From assembly GCA_051294375.1 (NCBI GenBank), contig CM119264.1, forward strand, positions 5,997,621-6,061,620: 64,000 nucleotides of DNA. The letters are read 5' to 3'. This document shows positions 1-12,165 of this stretch, one piece after another (the stretch's first letter is position 1; each line of letters starts with the position of its first letter). This stretch comes from Paraspadella gotoi (Eukaryota; Animalia; Chaetognatha). The position numbers were made by a program, and so were the translations under genes. The notes below the pieces were generated by a model. It worked only from the letters and a program-made list of their open reading frames with translations, had not been told where the DNA came from and made no database searches.

Positions 1-105
1 CTATAAATTATCCGTAATAAACCACGCCTAGTTTCTTCGTTGTGGTGACAGGAATGGATTAGACTCACCACACCAAAATTACGCTACCCTTCATCAAAAA
101 TTACG

Positions 106-3100
106 CTACCATTTATCATAGACTACGTCATCACCTCTAAATTGGATTTCTTCATTCCCGAATGAACATTTCTACATACCGATTAATAATAATAATAATA
201 ATTCAGGGCCCCTTTAAATCTACATTACCATCACGATGCTACTATGAATATACTGGGACTTATTTACTTCCCCCCCAAGCTGAAATTTTTATTTTTAACA
301 GATTTTAAAGGGAAAACGTAATGATTATTATCAAGTATTATTTATATTATAATTTTTTTTTAAATAATCTGGTTTATGATACATATGACACAATGAAAAA
401 TAACGTGGCGTTACTGTTCCGTGCATAAAAAAAATTCACTGTTCAATATTATTATATTTCTTTTTATTTTTTGAAACATTATAGTTTCATATGTCGATAT
501 CCAAAATATCAATGCAAAATCTTTTTTTGTTTTTTAGATATGACCGAATATAGGGTGAAAGATGATAATTTTTTTAAAAAAGTTACTTATTCATATTTAT
601 TCTTAGAATTGTAATAGAAAAAAATAAAAAAAAATAATAGTACCAATAGTTAGTGTTATGTCTCAAATAGATGGAAAAAAAACCTCATTTAAAAATTTGA
701 TCGGGAAGTGGGTAACTAAGGCTTACCAATGGCATCCTCCACGCCGATTGTTCTCACAAATAATTTTTTTTATTTAATACATTTGAAAGGGAAAAAAAGA
801 AAATTCAGAATGCAGGTTGTATAAAGGGTACAGATAATCTGGACTTACTGACATGATAACCATGACCTTTTATATCTTGTGAAATGGGGCAGTAAAGATA
901 TCTAAAAAATTAGATCATTAAGTCAGTCAATGAACCCTTTCTAATGGGCTATTATGAGAAATATTTTTATTAATTAAAATGGATAATAAATAATAGAATT
1001 AAATTCCTTGCTATATTTAAAAAAAAATTATCAATACAATTTAACATAATGATGTCTTGCTTTGTCAAATATATTGCCAGTTATATAATTTTTAAAACTT
1101 TATTATGATAAACAAGCTGTGTGTCAAGCTTTTAGTTTGCAGTTAAAGATAATAAAAAATACCAATTTTTTTTTCACAGAAAAGAAGGTAGATGTCCAGA
1201 CTGTTTATATCAAGCTGAAAAACATTTTTGTATTTATCATTTTTGATATTTAAAAAGACATTTTGTCAAGCTACAACATAAATTTTTGCTTGTTTTTTAC
1301 TTTAACTTAAAAATATAAGCAGTTTTATGGAATAAAAAAAAATTAATAATAATCAAAATGTAATTCAGTCTTTCCTTTTTCAAATTACAAAAGAAAAATA
1401 AAAAAATTCATATGCCTTCATTGAAATTTTTAAAGCAAAAAACTGTTATACTTTTAACTCTGATTTAAACAAAAGCTGTGTAAATATTTATGGATTTAAT
1501 TTAATAAAACTTTTTTAGAAAGGTGTCCCATGATTAGGGCTTTAATTTGATACCACACCCATCTTGCTAGCTCTTTTCTTTCAAAAGTTATTTAAAAAAA
1601 AAATTTTTTTCAAACTACGCAGTACAAATCTTAAATAAAAATTTTGGCAAAGCAGGAGTATCTCACTTATTTCTATTGATACAATACTTAAATTTTAAAA
1701 TAAAACTTGAAGAAAATTTTTTTGTCATTTAGAGACGTATCACTTTCAGATGTACCCATCGTATAATAATTGATTTATTTATTTCCCCAAAAAAACCTAA
1801 CTAAAAAAGTTGAAATTTTTTTAAATTGTTGAAAAAAAATTTCCTCCGACCTATGCTCATTGAGAATAATGGTTTTGCATAGAAAATCAAAATATCAAAA
1901 AAATAAAAAAATCAGCCTCTAGAAAAATCGAAAGGCTAGAGGCTGATTTTTTTAGAATTGCAAAATTTTTTTCCTAACTCGAAATCCATTATTCTCAAGT
2001 TTCAAAATATTTTTTTCCAAAATCATTCAATCAATTTTTTTTTATTAATTTAAAATGTTTTTATGATGTTGTTTTTGTTTGAAAGAATTGAAAAAAAAAG
2101 AAAAATATAGTAATTATATAAGGTTTTTGGAAATACCTCTAAAATATTAGATAATTAGACACAGGGGGAGTAAGCAGAGAAAACTTCCCATTCATAAAAA
2201 AAATTGAAAATGAATTTGTCATATTGTTATTTAGATTAATTGACTAATTACAAACATATGATTCATATAAATTGAGGAAATGATGGGTAAAAAATATTCA
2301 TCTTGGTCTCGGTTAACTATTAAGTTATCGTTAAAGTTTTGTTTTAATAATATTAATATTTTTTTTGCATTTATAAAAGCAATAGTCTAAAATTTTGTAA
2401 GCGTTTCAAGCTATATTGCTTCATCTTTTTTACTATTTTTGATCTAGTTAGCTTTTTTGTTGATGGTCAAGGGTTATGGTCAGACACAGTAATGTCCAGT
2501 AGTGTATATCACACATATTACCAAAAGTAATAATCAATTAATTTGGTTCAGAAACAATTTTAAAGGAACAAAATCAGCACGAGACAGTAACGCCACGTTA
2601 TTTTTCATTGTGTCATATACTACAGCATCTTATTAATCATAAAAATGAAGCATGAAAAAAATTCAATTGTTTTAATGGGAACCTAAGGATTGATAATATA
2701 TTTTTTTTTTAAATAAAAATTTCAAAGTAAAAAATTTTTCTTCAGAAATTTACTCTCTGAGGAAAATGTTTATAACTTAGCAAGAATGTTACGAATAGGT
2801 GGGGAAAAAAGTTAAGAATTTTTATATTAATATTAAAAAATTTTATAACCCGATTGCTCTTCGTTTCGATTATATTACAACTTTTTTCGTATCACTCCAG
2901 ATTGAAGTCCCTGTATTATATAAAAAACAACGCGAGCAGAATAAAAATACCTTTTATATTTGTGACGAAGATATATACCAATTTTTTCACTAGAAAAAAT
3001 TAAAATACTTACATTTTGCTCATGGGCACCGGAGCACAGAAACTGTAGGGCAAATGAGGTAACATCTCCCTTCCTATCCACCTCGGCTGTCACCTCGACT

Positions 3101-6100
3101 TTCCCACTCGCGAGGGCGCAGGTTGGATGAAAAACCCTTTCGCAAGTTAGGTCCTGGCAGGTGACGCAAGCGCCTTTCGCATGCGACGCGGTTGCAGCGT
3201 CAACCACGTCCACGCAAAGACTGCACGTCCGACGGACCACTTGCGGCAAAATGCGAGAAATGTCGTAAACGACGCTCGCCGACGGGCGGCTCGAGGCTGT
3301 GTCTGCGGCTGCAGCGGCAAAGAAACAGAAAGAGTGAACCCATTCGCCTGAAATGGCACGCTTCAGCGGGCCACCGCGCAAAGCGCAGAGGCAGCAGTCG
3401 AGACCACCTGGATGCAGCTGACAGGCGTCGCACTCCCAAGTAATTTCCGAACCACGAGAGTTAACGACCTCGGGGGAACAGTAGCAGGAGGCATGAACGA
3501 CCAAGAAGCAATTTCGGCACTGCAGCAAGGGGCTCGCGACTTGGGCGCCCGATCTGGCGGGAGAGAGTCGTCGTTTACGGGTTTTGTGCTTCTCCAAGGC
3601 GTTTATCACAGGGACGCTTTTAACTGGGATCGAGCGGCGAGACGAGGTCGAAGAACGGCATGTCTTTTTTTCGTCGCCGCCATCGCCGAAGCGTCCGCCG
3701 ATCAGAAACTGACAAACGGCACAATGAGGTTTCCGCTCGGCCAGTGACCAATTAAAGTTTTTCTCCGCATCCAAGCTTTCGCGCTCTTGAAATTGCCATA
3801 AACCAGAGAGGCGCTTGGCCCAAGACTCTTTGAAGACGATCTTTGGTTTTTTAGGAGTCCTCGCCGACGTATTTTTACCACGAGGCCTTTTTGCGGGCGA
3901 TGTCCTCCGTTTTAACTTCTCGACTAAACTGTCCAAACTGAGGGTTTCGTATCTGACGTCTTGCCCGGCGCTGCAACCGTTGAGGTCTTCAGATTCGAAA
4001 GAGAGAGTGGAATCCCCAACAATCTTTTCGTTTCGATCACCGACGTCAATACGGGCGTCCGCTACTGAGAAGGCCGACGTCTCGGCAGGTAGGGTTTCGG
4101 CGGAGGAATTGAACGAAAAATGTTCGTCATTTTCCCCTCCGAGCTTAACAAAATTAATACCGTGAATCTCGTTGGGTTTGTCCACCGGCTCAACGCCGCC
4201 GCCGACCAAAGAAGACTTTTCGGCGACCGTATCGCCACTGAGTGTGACCGAAGAATCTTCGACGGCGGATACGGTGAGAGTTTCTTCAATTTGCTCATAA
4301 CTCGTGTTCGTGATCGGTCGATTCGGCGTCGAAGTCATTTCCGGCTTGAATTCCGCGGCCGAAGGGCAATAGAAAGAGTCAACCCCGGCGGCGTTTTTCC
4401 CTAGAGTCGAATCATTAGCGCCGACGGGATGAGCAGATGACGACGTGGGCTCTGGAAAAGACGGGCGCGTCATTATCGCGGGCGAAGTGGAGGCACGGGC
4501 CTTGAGCGAACGCGGAAGAGGCGAATGACTGGGAAAGCTGAGATGTCGAGCTGCGGCACCTGGATGCTCCGGCAGACAGCAGACAGAGGAAGTCAAGAGC
4601 GTCCTACCGCCGATCGGGGTCTGCGCGGAACTCGGGATAGAAGACTTTGTCCTTGGGTCCGAAGAAAATTTGGATTCGTCAAGGGAAATTCGTTCACCAT
4701 CGCTGAGCGTTATGTGGCGGCTGTCGAAAAGATTACAGGCCGAGTTGGCAATCGCCGAATTAAGCGCGGAAAAATTGTCGGACGGAGGTTTGGCAGACGC
4801 AGCGGCAGGATCGTCTTTGAGGGTCACGGTCGACTCGGAATAAAGATTCGAGTGGAGGAAAACTCCGTCCTCGACGATTTCCTCAGCCGACTCTTCGGCG
4901 CTTGCGACGTCCGCAAAGTCGTCGGCCGGCGTAGCTCTCACTCCCTCCTCTCCGTCACAACCGCCGCCTGGAGAGGAATCAACCCATTGGCTCGGGTTTT
5001 TCGAATCTAAATTGTCGACGCGAATGTCGTAGCGATGATCGCAGAGAACTTCTTTCTGGACGCTGGGCGCGACGGGGTGATCGGCGGGGAGGACTTGGAA
5101 TCGCGTCGTCGAAGATATTTCCGAGCGAGGCTCCGTCGTTAAAAAGTTGTGGTCAACGTTGTTGTAGTAGATGCTCTTCTCGTCGTTTAAGTGAGTGTTA
5201 TCACAAATGGCCAACAATACTTTTTGGGCCGTTTCAATTGTCGGGACTCCTTTTATGAAAGAAATTATCTTAAATACACAAGAATGGAGTTTTAAAACTA
5301 TGTTTTAAATTTAACTTACCCTGAGAGGGCCGTGGCGTTTTCGCCATGATGCTCCAGCTGGACGAATATCCGCAATTTCGTCTGTATCTTTCGTAGATAC
5401 TTTGAACCGAGTCGCTTGTCGAACAAAAACCGGACAACCTGATGAAAAAAATTCTGTAATATATATGTACTATGTAGTGTATAATAGTGTCGTGTACGTA
5501 GTTGTTTAGAATAAAGTCCGGAAAAATAATTACTTGGTCAGTTCTTACCCAACAACTTTGTCTGGACCAGGCCGTCGCTGCTTTAAATTCGTCAGATGAA
5601 AGTCTGTCGGATGCGGGACGTGCTCCGGCTGAAAGAGAATTGAAAACGATACGTAAATCACGAATTCTCGATTCAACATTAACACTGGAAGAACGAACCT
5701 TGGCCTCTGCCATCGCATGAACACGACGCTCCCCCAAACTTGGCATCCGATGATGCAAAAGAGAATGGAGGTCTACGGGTTCGACTCGCGTCGATTCAGG
5801 AGTCGCTTCGCAATCCACCATAGTTGAAGAGCTATCGAGAGAAATTTACGGCCTTTTACTCGACAATATTATGAATTCGTTTATAATATTTATCATTGAG
5901 AGCACAAATTGAGAGCCAAACTTCGTCAATGGGGTGGGTCAGAAGTTTGATTTGGGAACCTTTCCAAATGAAACTTCATACATTTCTGACAAAACTTTCA
6001 ATGGACCAAAATTTTCTAAAATGGCAAGAAGCATTAGTAATTAATTTTTTAATAATTATTTATAGATAGGAAATGTCAAAATATTTTTTTGGAATTTTTT

Positions 6101-6852
6101 ATTTTTAAAAGCAGATTTAAATAGCTCATGAAAAGTTATCTACACAAAGTATAATTCTTTTTTTCAATATTTTGATGATAAGTGGGTTAAAATTGAGAAA
6201 AACCTTAAAAAAATTATCATCATCATCATCATCCGATGATTTTAGCAGTTTTTACTAATTTTTAGTAATAAAACATCAAAATTTTAAAAAGTTGTAATTA
6301 TATTTTTTGCTTAACTTTTTAAGCTCTATCAGAATCAATTAAAAAAACTTAAAATATAAAAAAAAAATTTTAACATTATATAGCAATATAATAATATTAA
6401 TTAGCGAATTACTCATGGTTCGGAACATTTTTGTAAAAAAATATTTTAACACAATAATTAATACCAATAATGGATTAGTTTAACTGCTGTTCCCATTAAA
6501 ATTTGAATTTGGTCGGCTACCGCTATCCATACTCATGGATATTTAATATCTATTTCCCCAAATTTCTTAACTTTTTTTGTTGCATCGTTGGTTGCAGAGA
6601 AAACCATGAGATAATCAACTAAATCTTTTGCTAATTTTACTATCCTTGTATTCACTCAACTTACCGAACATCCGGCTCCCTCTCGTGCAACTCGTCAGAA
6701 ACCCCATAGGTTGAAGTATCCGGTCTTGTCCAAGAGGATGTCAATGCAGTTGGGCCATCATAATTTGACGTCCGGGATTCACTTTTGATATTGACATGTT
6801 TGTTGCTCTTTTGTGAGTGGTCTTTTTTATTATGATTGGAAAACGCCTTCAG
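106..6852 (-). CDS. KDM4: KDM4/JMJD2-type PHD + extended-PHD protein, apparently lacking JmjN/JmjC (multi-exon; main exon 3013-5249)
   Basis: Main exon encodes SWAKRLSGLWQ...AEKNFN...PHCAVC, CRNCFLVVHASCY...WECDAC, CCLCALRGGPLKR...WVHSFC, CVTC...CERVFHPTCA, the PHD/Zn-knuckle/ePHD block typical of KDM4A-C. Candidate extra exons with AG/GT ends: 6665-6852, ~5540-5831, ~5320-5440, 229-279, 106-171 (stop). Phasing of the 5' exons is not fully resolved; ATG at ~5347 (MAKTPRPSQG) is an alternative start. Confidence 0.7.
383..2618. mobile_element. Non-autonomous TIR DNA transposon (~2.2 kb) in an intron of the KDM4-like gene
   Basis: 35-bp perfect inverted repeat ATATGACACAATGAAAAATAACGTGGCGTTACTGT at 383-417 and its reverse complement at 2584-2618; AT-rich interior with no ORF. 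Confidence 0.8.
5911..6525 (-). mobile_element. ~600-bp interspersed repeat family A, inverted copy
   Basis: Reverse complement of the copies at 22217-22800 and 32397-32995 (shared AGCGGTAGCC...AATGGGAACAGC start and GGAAGGTTCCCAAATCAAACTTCTGACCC...AAGTTTGGC end). Confidence 0.85.
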
Positions 6853-6894
6853 CTACAAAAAAGTTAATCATCACTGTAATAAGCGTCATAATGT

Positions 6895-7950
6895 TGATCA
6901 CTTATGAATAGGAACTAAAATAACCCAGACTACGCAAACTACTACGCGTTGACTTATCAAAGAAAATTACTAAAAAAATCTGAAAAAAAAGAATGATTGA
7001 TGTAATAATAATAGATTGATTGATTGATGTAATAGTAATTGATTGATGTAATAGTGATTGATTGATTGATGTAATAGTAATAGATTGATTGATGCGTTGA
7101 TAACCAATTATTTATGCGATGATAACCAAAGGATTGATGCGATGATAACCAAAGGATTGATGCGATGATAACCAAAGGATTGATGCGATGATAACCAAAT
7201 GATGGACGCGATGATAATCATTCAATGATGCGATGATAATCATTCATTGATGCGATGATAATCATTCATTGATGCGATGATAATCATTCATTGATGCGAT
7301 GATAATCATTCATTGATGCAATAATAATCCTTCATTGATTCAATGATAGTCATTCATTGATTCAATGATAGTCATTCATTGATTCAATGATAGTCATTCA
7401 TTGATTCAATGATAGTCATTCATTGATTCAATGATAGTCATTCATTGATTCAATGATAGTCATTCATTGATTCAATGATAGTCATTCATTGATTCAATGA
7501 TAGTCATTCATTGATTCAATGATAGTCATTCATTGATTCAATGATAGTCATTCATTGACGCGATGAGTCATTCATCGTAAATAAAACAAACAAATGCGTG
7601 AATTGATTGTGAAAGAAAGAGAGAAAGAGAGAGAAAAAAAAAATAGAGAGAAACTGGATATCCGCTGCAGAGATGAACTCGTTCTTAAACGAATCAGAAG
7701 AAGCTGCAACGGAAAAAAAGAGAGAGAGAGAGCGCGACAAATAATTAAAAGAGAAAAAAAGAGATGAAGATAAACTAGACAACAACTGGACACGGACAGC
7801 CCCTACAAATAAAACAAACAAACATATGAAACATAACAATTTAAAAGACCTCAATGATGAGAAGCCATATCAAAATTTTCAACTTCTTATGGTTACACAC
7901 TTGAGCTATTTCCAATGGTAAAACAGCGTGACGACTACGTCGACGGTCAA
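6895..7950 (+). mobile_element. Interspersed repeat family B carrying an internal ~22-bp tandem array
   Basis: Array of GATGCGATGATAATCATTCATT / GATTCAATGATAGTCATTCATT units (~7120-7570), then ATCCGCTGCAGAG.TGAACTCGTT and TATGGTTACACACTT...AGCGTGACGAC motifs shared with 25985-26615 and 16300-16440. Confidence 0.75.
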
Positions 7951-8779
7951 AGAAGCAGAAACGAATTAAAATCTCGCCCAAGTCGGGCTTTCGCCCGTCT
8001 GGCGAGAGAAAAACATTTGAAATGTAAATGGGACACACCAGCGAAAGATGACTCGGCCAGTACTCGCGGCCCAACTAATTATAAACTAGGAGTCTACGTC
8101 GTTCTTAGAGATCGAGGAAGACTTTTTCAATGGAGATTTTCTTTAAAATCTGACTACCAAACAATATAAACGCTCCTGGTAAAAATTCGGGTAAAATATC
8201 GATGTAAAACCACTTGATATCAAAACATCTTGATATCAAACAAGCCAGAACAAATAGACTGCTTCTGGACGGGAAAATTTTCTATCTCTGATTTTATATA
8301 GAAATGAAAGGGATTTTTTTCCTTGAAAACGATATAAACGTGACTGAGGTATGTTCCTGTTCAACAAATGACGTCTAATTTTGGAATCCTTTGGCAAAGT
8401 GTCTGAAGGGCTCTCAAAATTTTTCTTTACATTTTATTTGGTTATTTTGATATGATACGATCCTGGGAAAGTGAATTAGTCCATTTTGGTGAAATTTTTA
8501 TTTAAAGTAAAAGTAAAAGAGGAGCTAACGATCGGAATTCTAAGAGTTTTCAACCGGGAGTCAGATTCGGGAAAAATCTTCTATGGCGAAAATCTTCCAA
8601 AGAAGGGTTGATTTTCCGAAGATTTTGGTTAATATTTTCTATATTTATAGTCGGATTTTTTGGAAACTTAATATTAACAATATTGCCATCATTCTACCTT
8701 GGCCGGTATAAGAATATATTGAAAAAAACTCGGGCTTTTTTCATCAGAGCTTAGTCCTATATAAACATGTCACACCTGA

Positions 8780-8960
8780 TGAGAGAGTCGACCGATCCCG
8801 TGTCGAGGCTCCGCTCGTGAAGACCCTGATGCCGCGAGAAGGTTATAAACCGGCAGGGATTCGCGTCTCAGCGGTGAATCGTCCCGAGAGAGAAAGCGCG
8901 CGGAAGTGTGGGTCCCAACCGGCCTCGCCGTCATTCTCTTCGGCGATTCGCGCGTATTTA
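8780..8960 (-). promoter_or_regulatory. CpG-rich putative promoter/5' region of the KDM4-like gene
   Basis: GC/CpG-rich island in AT-rich background between the CDC73 stop and the first KDM4-like exons; position-based inference only. Confidence 0.35.
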
Positions 8961-9289
8961 AATATGTTGATTTGGAAGAGTCTCTGTTTTAAACTCATCG
9001 CTGGATGGAGATAAGACGGACCTTTTACAAATACCATTGTCCAATACGGTTTATATAAACGCATAAGAGGAAAAAGTTCATAAAGAAACCCCTTTATATT
9101 AATTATCAATTAAGAGTGCGCCGATAGCAATACGACAGAAAAAAAAACTTTTTATAGAAGACACGATTAAAAATTGTACAATTTCTGTAGCTTATTCGGC
9201 GAGCAAAAAGTAAGTTAGGCACTTTCATTGTGCAATCACCATTAAAATTAAAAGGAAACAACAATCTAACCAAACAGAACAAAAAAAAA

Positions 9290-10948
9290 TTAGAACCTCA
9301 GGTGAGATTTGTTTTTCACCATAAACTTATCGAGTTCCTCCCAAAAGGTGATGAGGACCGCCCTGTCCATGTGTCTTTTGTACTGATCTAGATTGATGAC
9401 GTGAACGTTCCACTTGCCGATATTGGCCTCGAGCCGTTGCTGAGCCCATTTGAGATGGAAGGCTTGGATTCTCACGAAGATTTCGACAGGGTTTCCGTCC
9501 CAAGGCCAGCCCTTGAATTGCCAAGCGGGCCCCTGGGCGAAGACGGCCACGACTCGGTCCCAGTCTTCAGTGGACAACTTGTTGGGGTTGTCGATGACCC
9601 GATAGGGAACAGTGGAGGAATCAGTCTTGCGCCTTTGAATAAGGACCTCGTTGTCTCTTCGTATTTGCGACGACTTTTTTTCTTCGGTGCTTACGAATTT
9701 CAAATCCTGCAGTAACTCTTTGACGTTATACATGGTGATCAGAGAGGTGGTGGCGGCGGGGATGATAACGATCGGAGTGCGACTGCCTTTTTTGTTCGGC
9801 GTCGCGCCCGACACGACTCGAGCGGCCGATGCGGGCTGGAGCGGGCGAGACACTGGTGGAGTTTTAGGGACGACGGGCTGAGGCGCCGGAGGAGCCGCGG
9901 GCGCAGGTTTTGCCGCATCCTGGGTCTTTCGGGCGACTCCCTCGGTTACGTCGCGCAGGGTCCGTCCGTGATACGTGCCCATGGTGTCGATGTTGAAGCC
10001 TTCCGATTCCGGATCGACGCCAAATCCCTCTTGCGCGTATCGATTGTAGGCGATCTGGGTCTGCGTTTTGTTGGCCGTCGCTACAGGAGCCGCAATGGCT
10101 GGCGTTGCGTTGGGCGGCTCTACAACTGGAGCGTTGGAGCGACCGGCAAGTCCATCTTCGCGAGCCTTGATGGAGCTGAGAATGGCAAAGACGTTTTTGG
10201 CGAAGTTTTTACCGGAGCTTTGGAGAATGGTTGCCCGAGTTCGCCAGAGTCGCTCCCTCGCTAAAATCTCCTTGGTCGTCTCCACCTCCGTGTCTAGGTA
10301 GGTGCGCTGCTCCAGGTTGCCGGCGCTGATGTCCCCGTCGACGGTAGGGATGGTCGTTCTCTTTTTCGCCCACCGTTTGGCCTTGATGGCGATGATACGT
10401 TCCACGGACATGGCCTCCACGAGGGAGGACTTGCCAGTGATCTGGTCCGTTGTCAGTGCACTCTCCTTGGGAGCATCCAGCTTGGAGGCGAGACGTTCCC
10501 GCTCTTTTTGCAGCTGCTCCTCCTCGATCCGGGGCTTTTTCGGCGGCTCCTTGGCAGCGATGTCGGCAACGCGCTTGATCTGGGTCGGTCGTTGCAGCGC
10601 GATCTCCAACGGGGCACTTTTGTCAATGGCTGCCGACGTGGCCGTCTCGCCTTTGAGATAGGCCAGAAGATCTTTCCGGTCAGGTCGTCGGACGACGGGC
10701 ACATTGGCTGAAGCCGCTTGTCGAACGTAGACCGGATGCGCCAAGTCAACATTTTTGAGGAAGTAGAGGATGCATTCCAGAGTGTAGTATTCTTTAGGGG
10801 CATTGTCTTTGCCAGTTCCCCAAACAACATAATTAGTCTTGACGTTCTTGGGCCAAACAAACTCCCCAAAATGGACTAATCCATCACGAATTTCGATGGG
10901 TTTTTTGTTAACATTAAACTGACGGACAAGACTTAGCACATCCGCCAT
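9290..10948 (-). CDS. CDC73: Parafibromin / Cdc73 (PAF1 complex subunit), 552 aa, intronless CDS
   Basis: [12 protein letters not shown] start, [69 protein letters not shown] and C-terminal KSHLRF match animal parafibromin; ATG at 10948 within ORF 9290-11020. Confidence 0.97.
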   Translation of the reverse strand: MADVLSLVRQFNVNKKPIEIRDGLVHFGEFVWPKNVKTNYVVWGTGKDNAPKEYYTLECILYFLKNVDLAHPVYVRQAASANVPVVRRPDRKDLLAYLKGETATSAAIDKSAPLEIALQRPTQIKRVADIAAKEPPKKPRIEEEQLQKERERLASKLDAPKESALTTDQITGKSSLVEAMSVERIIAIKAKRWAKKRTTIPTVDGDISAGNLEQRTYLDTEVETTKEILARERLWRTRATILQSSGKNFAKNVFAILSSIKAREDGLAGRSNAPVVEPPNATPAIAAPVATANKTQTQIAYNRYAQEGFGVDPESEGFNIDTMGTYHGRTLRDVTEGVARKTQDAAKPAPAAPPAPQPVVPKTPPVSRPLQPASAARVVSGATPNKKGSRTPIVIIPAATTSLITMYNVKELLQDLKFVSTEEKKSSQIRRDNEVLIQRRKTDSSTVPYRVIDNPNKLSTEDWDRVVAVFAQGPAWQFKGWPWDGNPVEIFVRIQAFHLKWAQQRLEANIGKWNVHVINLDQYKRHMDRAVLITFWEELDKFMVKNKSHLRF

Positions 10949-12165
10949 TATGAAATTATTAAGACTAAAACAACACAAAATTAATATTCCATATATGAGC
11001 TTGTGTAGGGGGCAAGCCAATCAAACAAACAAATGTACAATCACTAAATATTGAATAAAGAATAAATGAAACTTTATTAGTGGCATTGTGTATTGTTTGT
11101 TAATGTTTGTTAAAAGAGCATGAATTAGCAAGATACATTAGCTTGATACAATTTGAACATTTTGTACTTCTTTTAATCGTTGGCAACGCGGATGTCTCCC
11201 ATTTTAAATAAGCCAAAACGTTTTTTCCGGTCAGGACAATAACGGACTCTGCTTTGCGAACAGGCTGGATGCGTAAGGTCCTCATTTTCGAGGCTTCATG
11301 GCAACAGCCGGGATGCCTGTGATGCTCATTAGGTCGGGGCATCTCAATTAGCCGATTTTCAATTTCCTGCTTAAAAATATAGTTTTTTATAATTTTAACC
11401 TACTTAATTATATAATTTAATAATAAAAGATTTATATTTTCTTTTTTCTTAGAATTAAAAAAAAATTATATTTTAACATTATTTAAGGGTAGTACTATAT
11501 ACTATAAACTGGGCTACTATATAATATATATGTAAAAGAAGAAAAATAACTACAGATTAGTATTCAGTAATATGATTGTTTTCAAGATATAACTGCTAAA
11601 TTTTGATTCCAAACTTTCACTTCACCCTAATGCACATGATGGTTTCAAAATTTTTTTAAAAATGAAGAAACACAGTTTTTAGCCTTTTTTAGCCCAACAG
11701 GGGTCCAGCCCCATGGCCCTGTATCTCCTTTCAGGGGTCGAATATCAAAATTCGTCCCGATAGTTCCATTTATAACGTCATAAAATTCGATCAGGTAATT
11801 TTCTGGAAACCGATTCTGGTCACAAAAAGGCACGACCTCATTTTAGAATATGAAGCCTTCTGTAGAGGTACTAGAGGTAGCATTTCCAACGGTAGTATTC
11901 ATGAGGGGCATTGTTTTTGCTAGATCCATAAAACATAGTTGTTCTTGGGCAAACATCAAATGCTCCAGGAAGGAAATGAAGCTGAGAATTAATTAGAGTT
12001 GTGATATTAAAATACGGCACAAAGACAAGAGTTTTTTTTAAACAACAAAAGTAATCGGCATCAATAAAAAAAACATGTAAAAATAACTTTTATGTAATAA
12101 ACAATAAAATTTAGTCCCCGAAAATCCTGCAATATTCGTTCGTCTCTTTAGCAAGGGTTTGTCCC

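Noticed and set aside
7120-7570. Regularly spaced repeats resembling a CRISPR array
   Set aside because: No unique spacers, eukaryotic context, no cas genes; simple tandem repeat.
11100-11342. 80-aa minus-strand ORF between NASP and CDC73
   Set aside because: No family features; likely UTR sequence, although a small ORF cannot be excluded without ribosome profiling.
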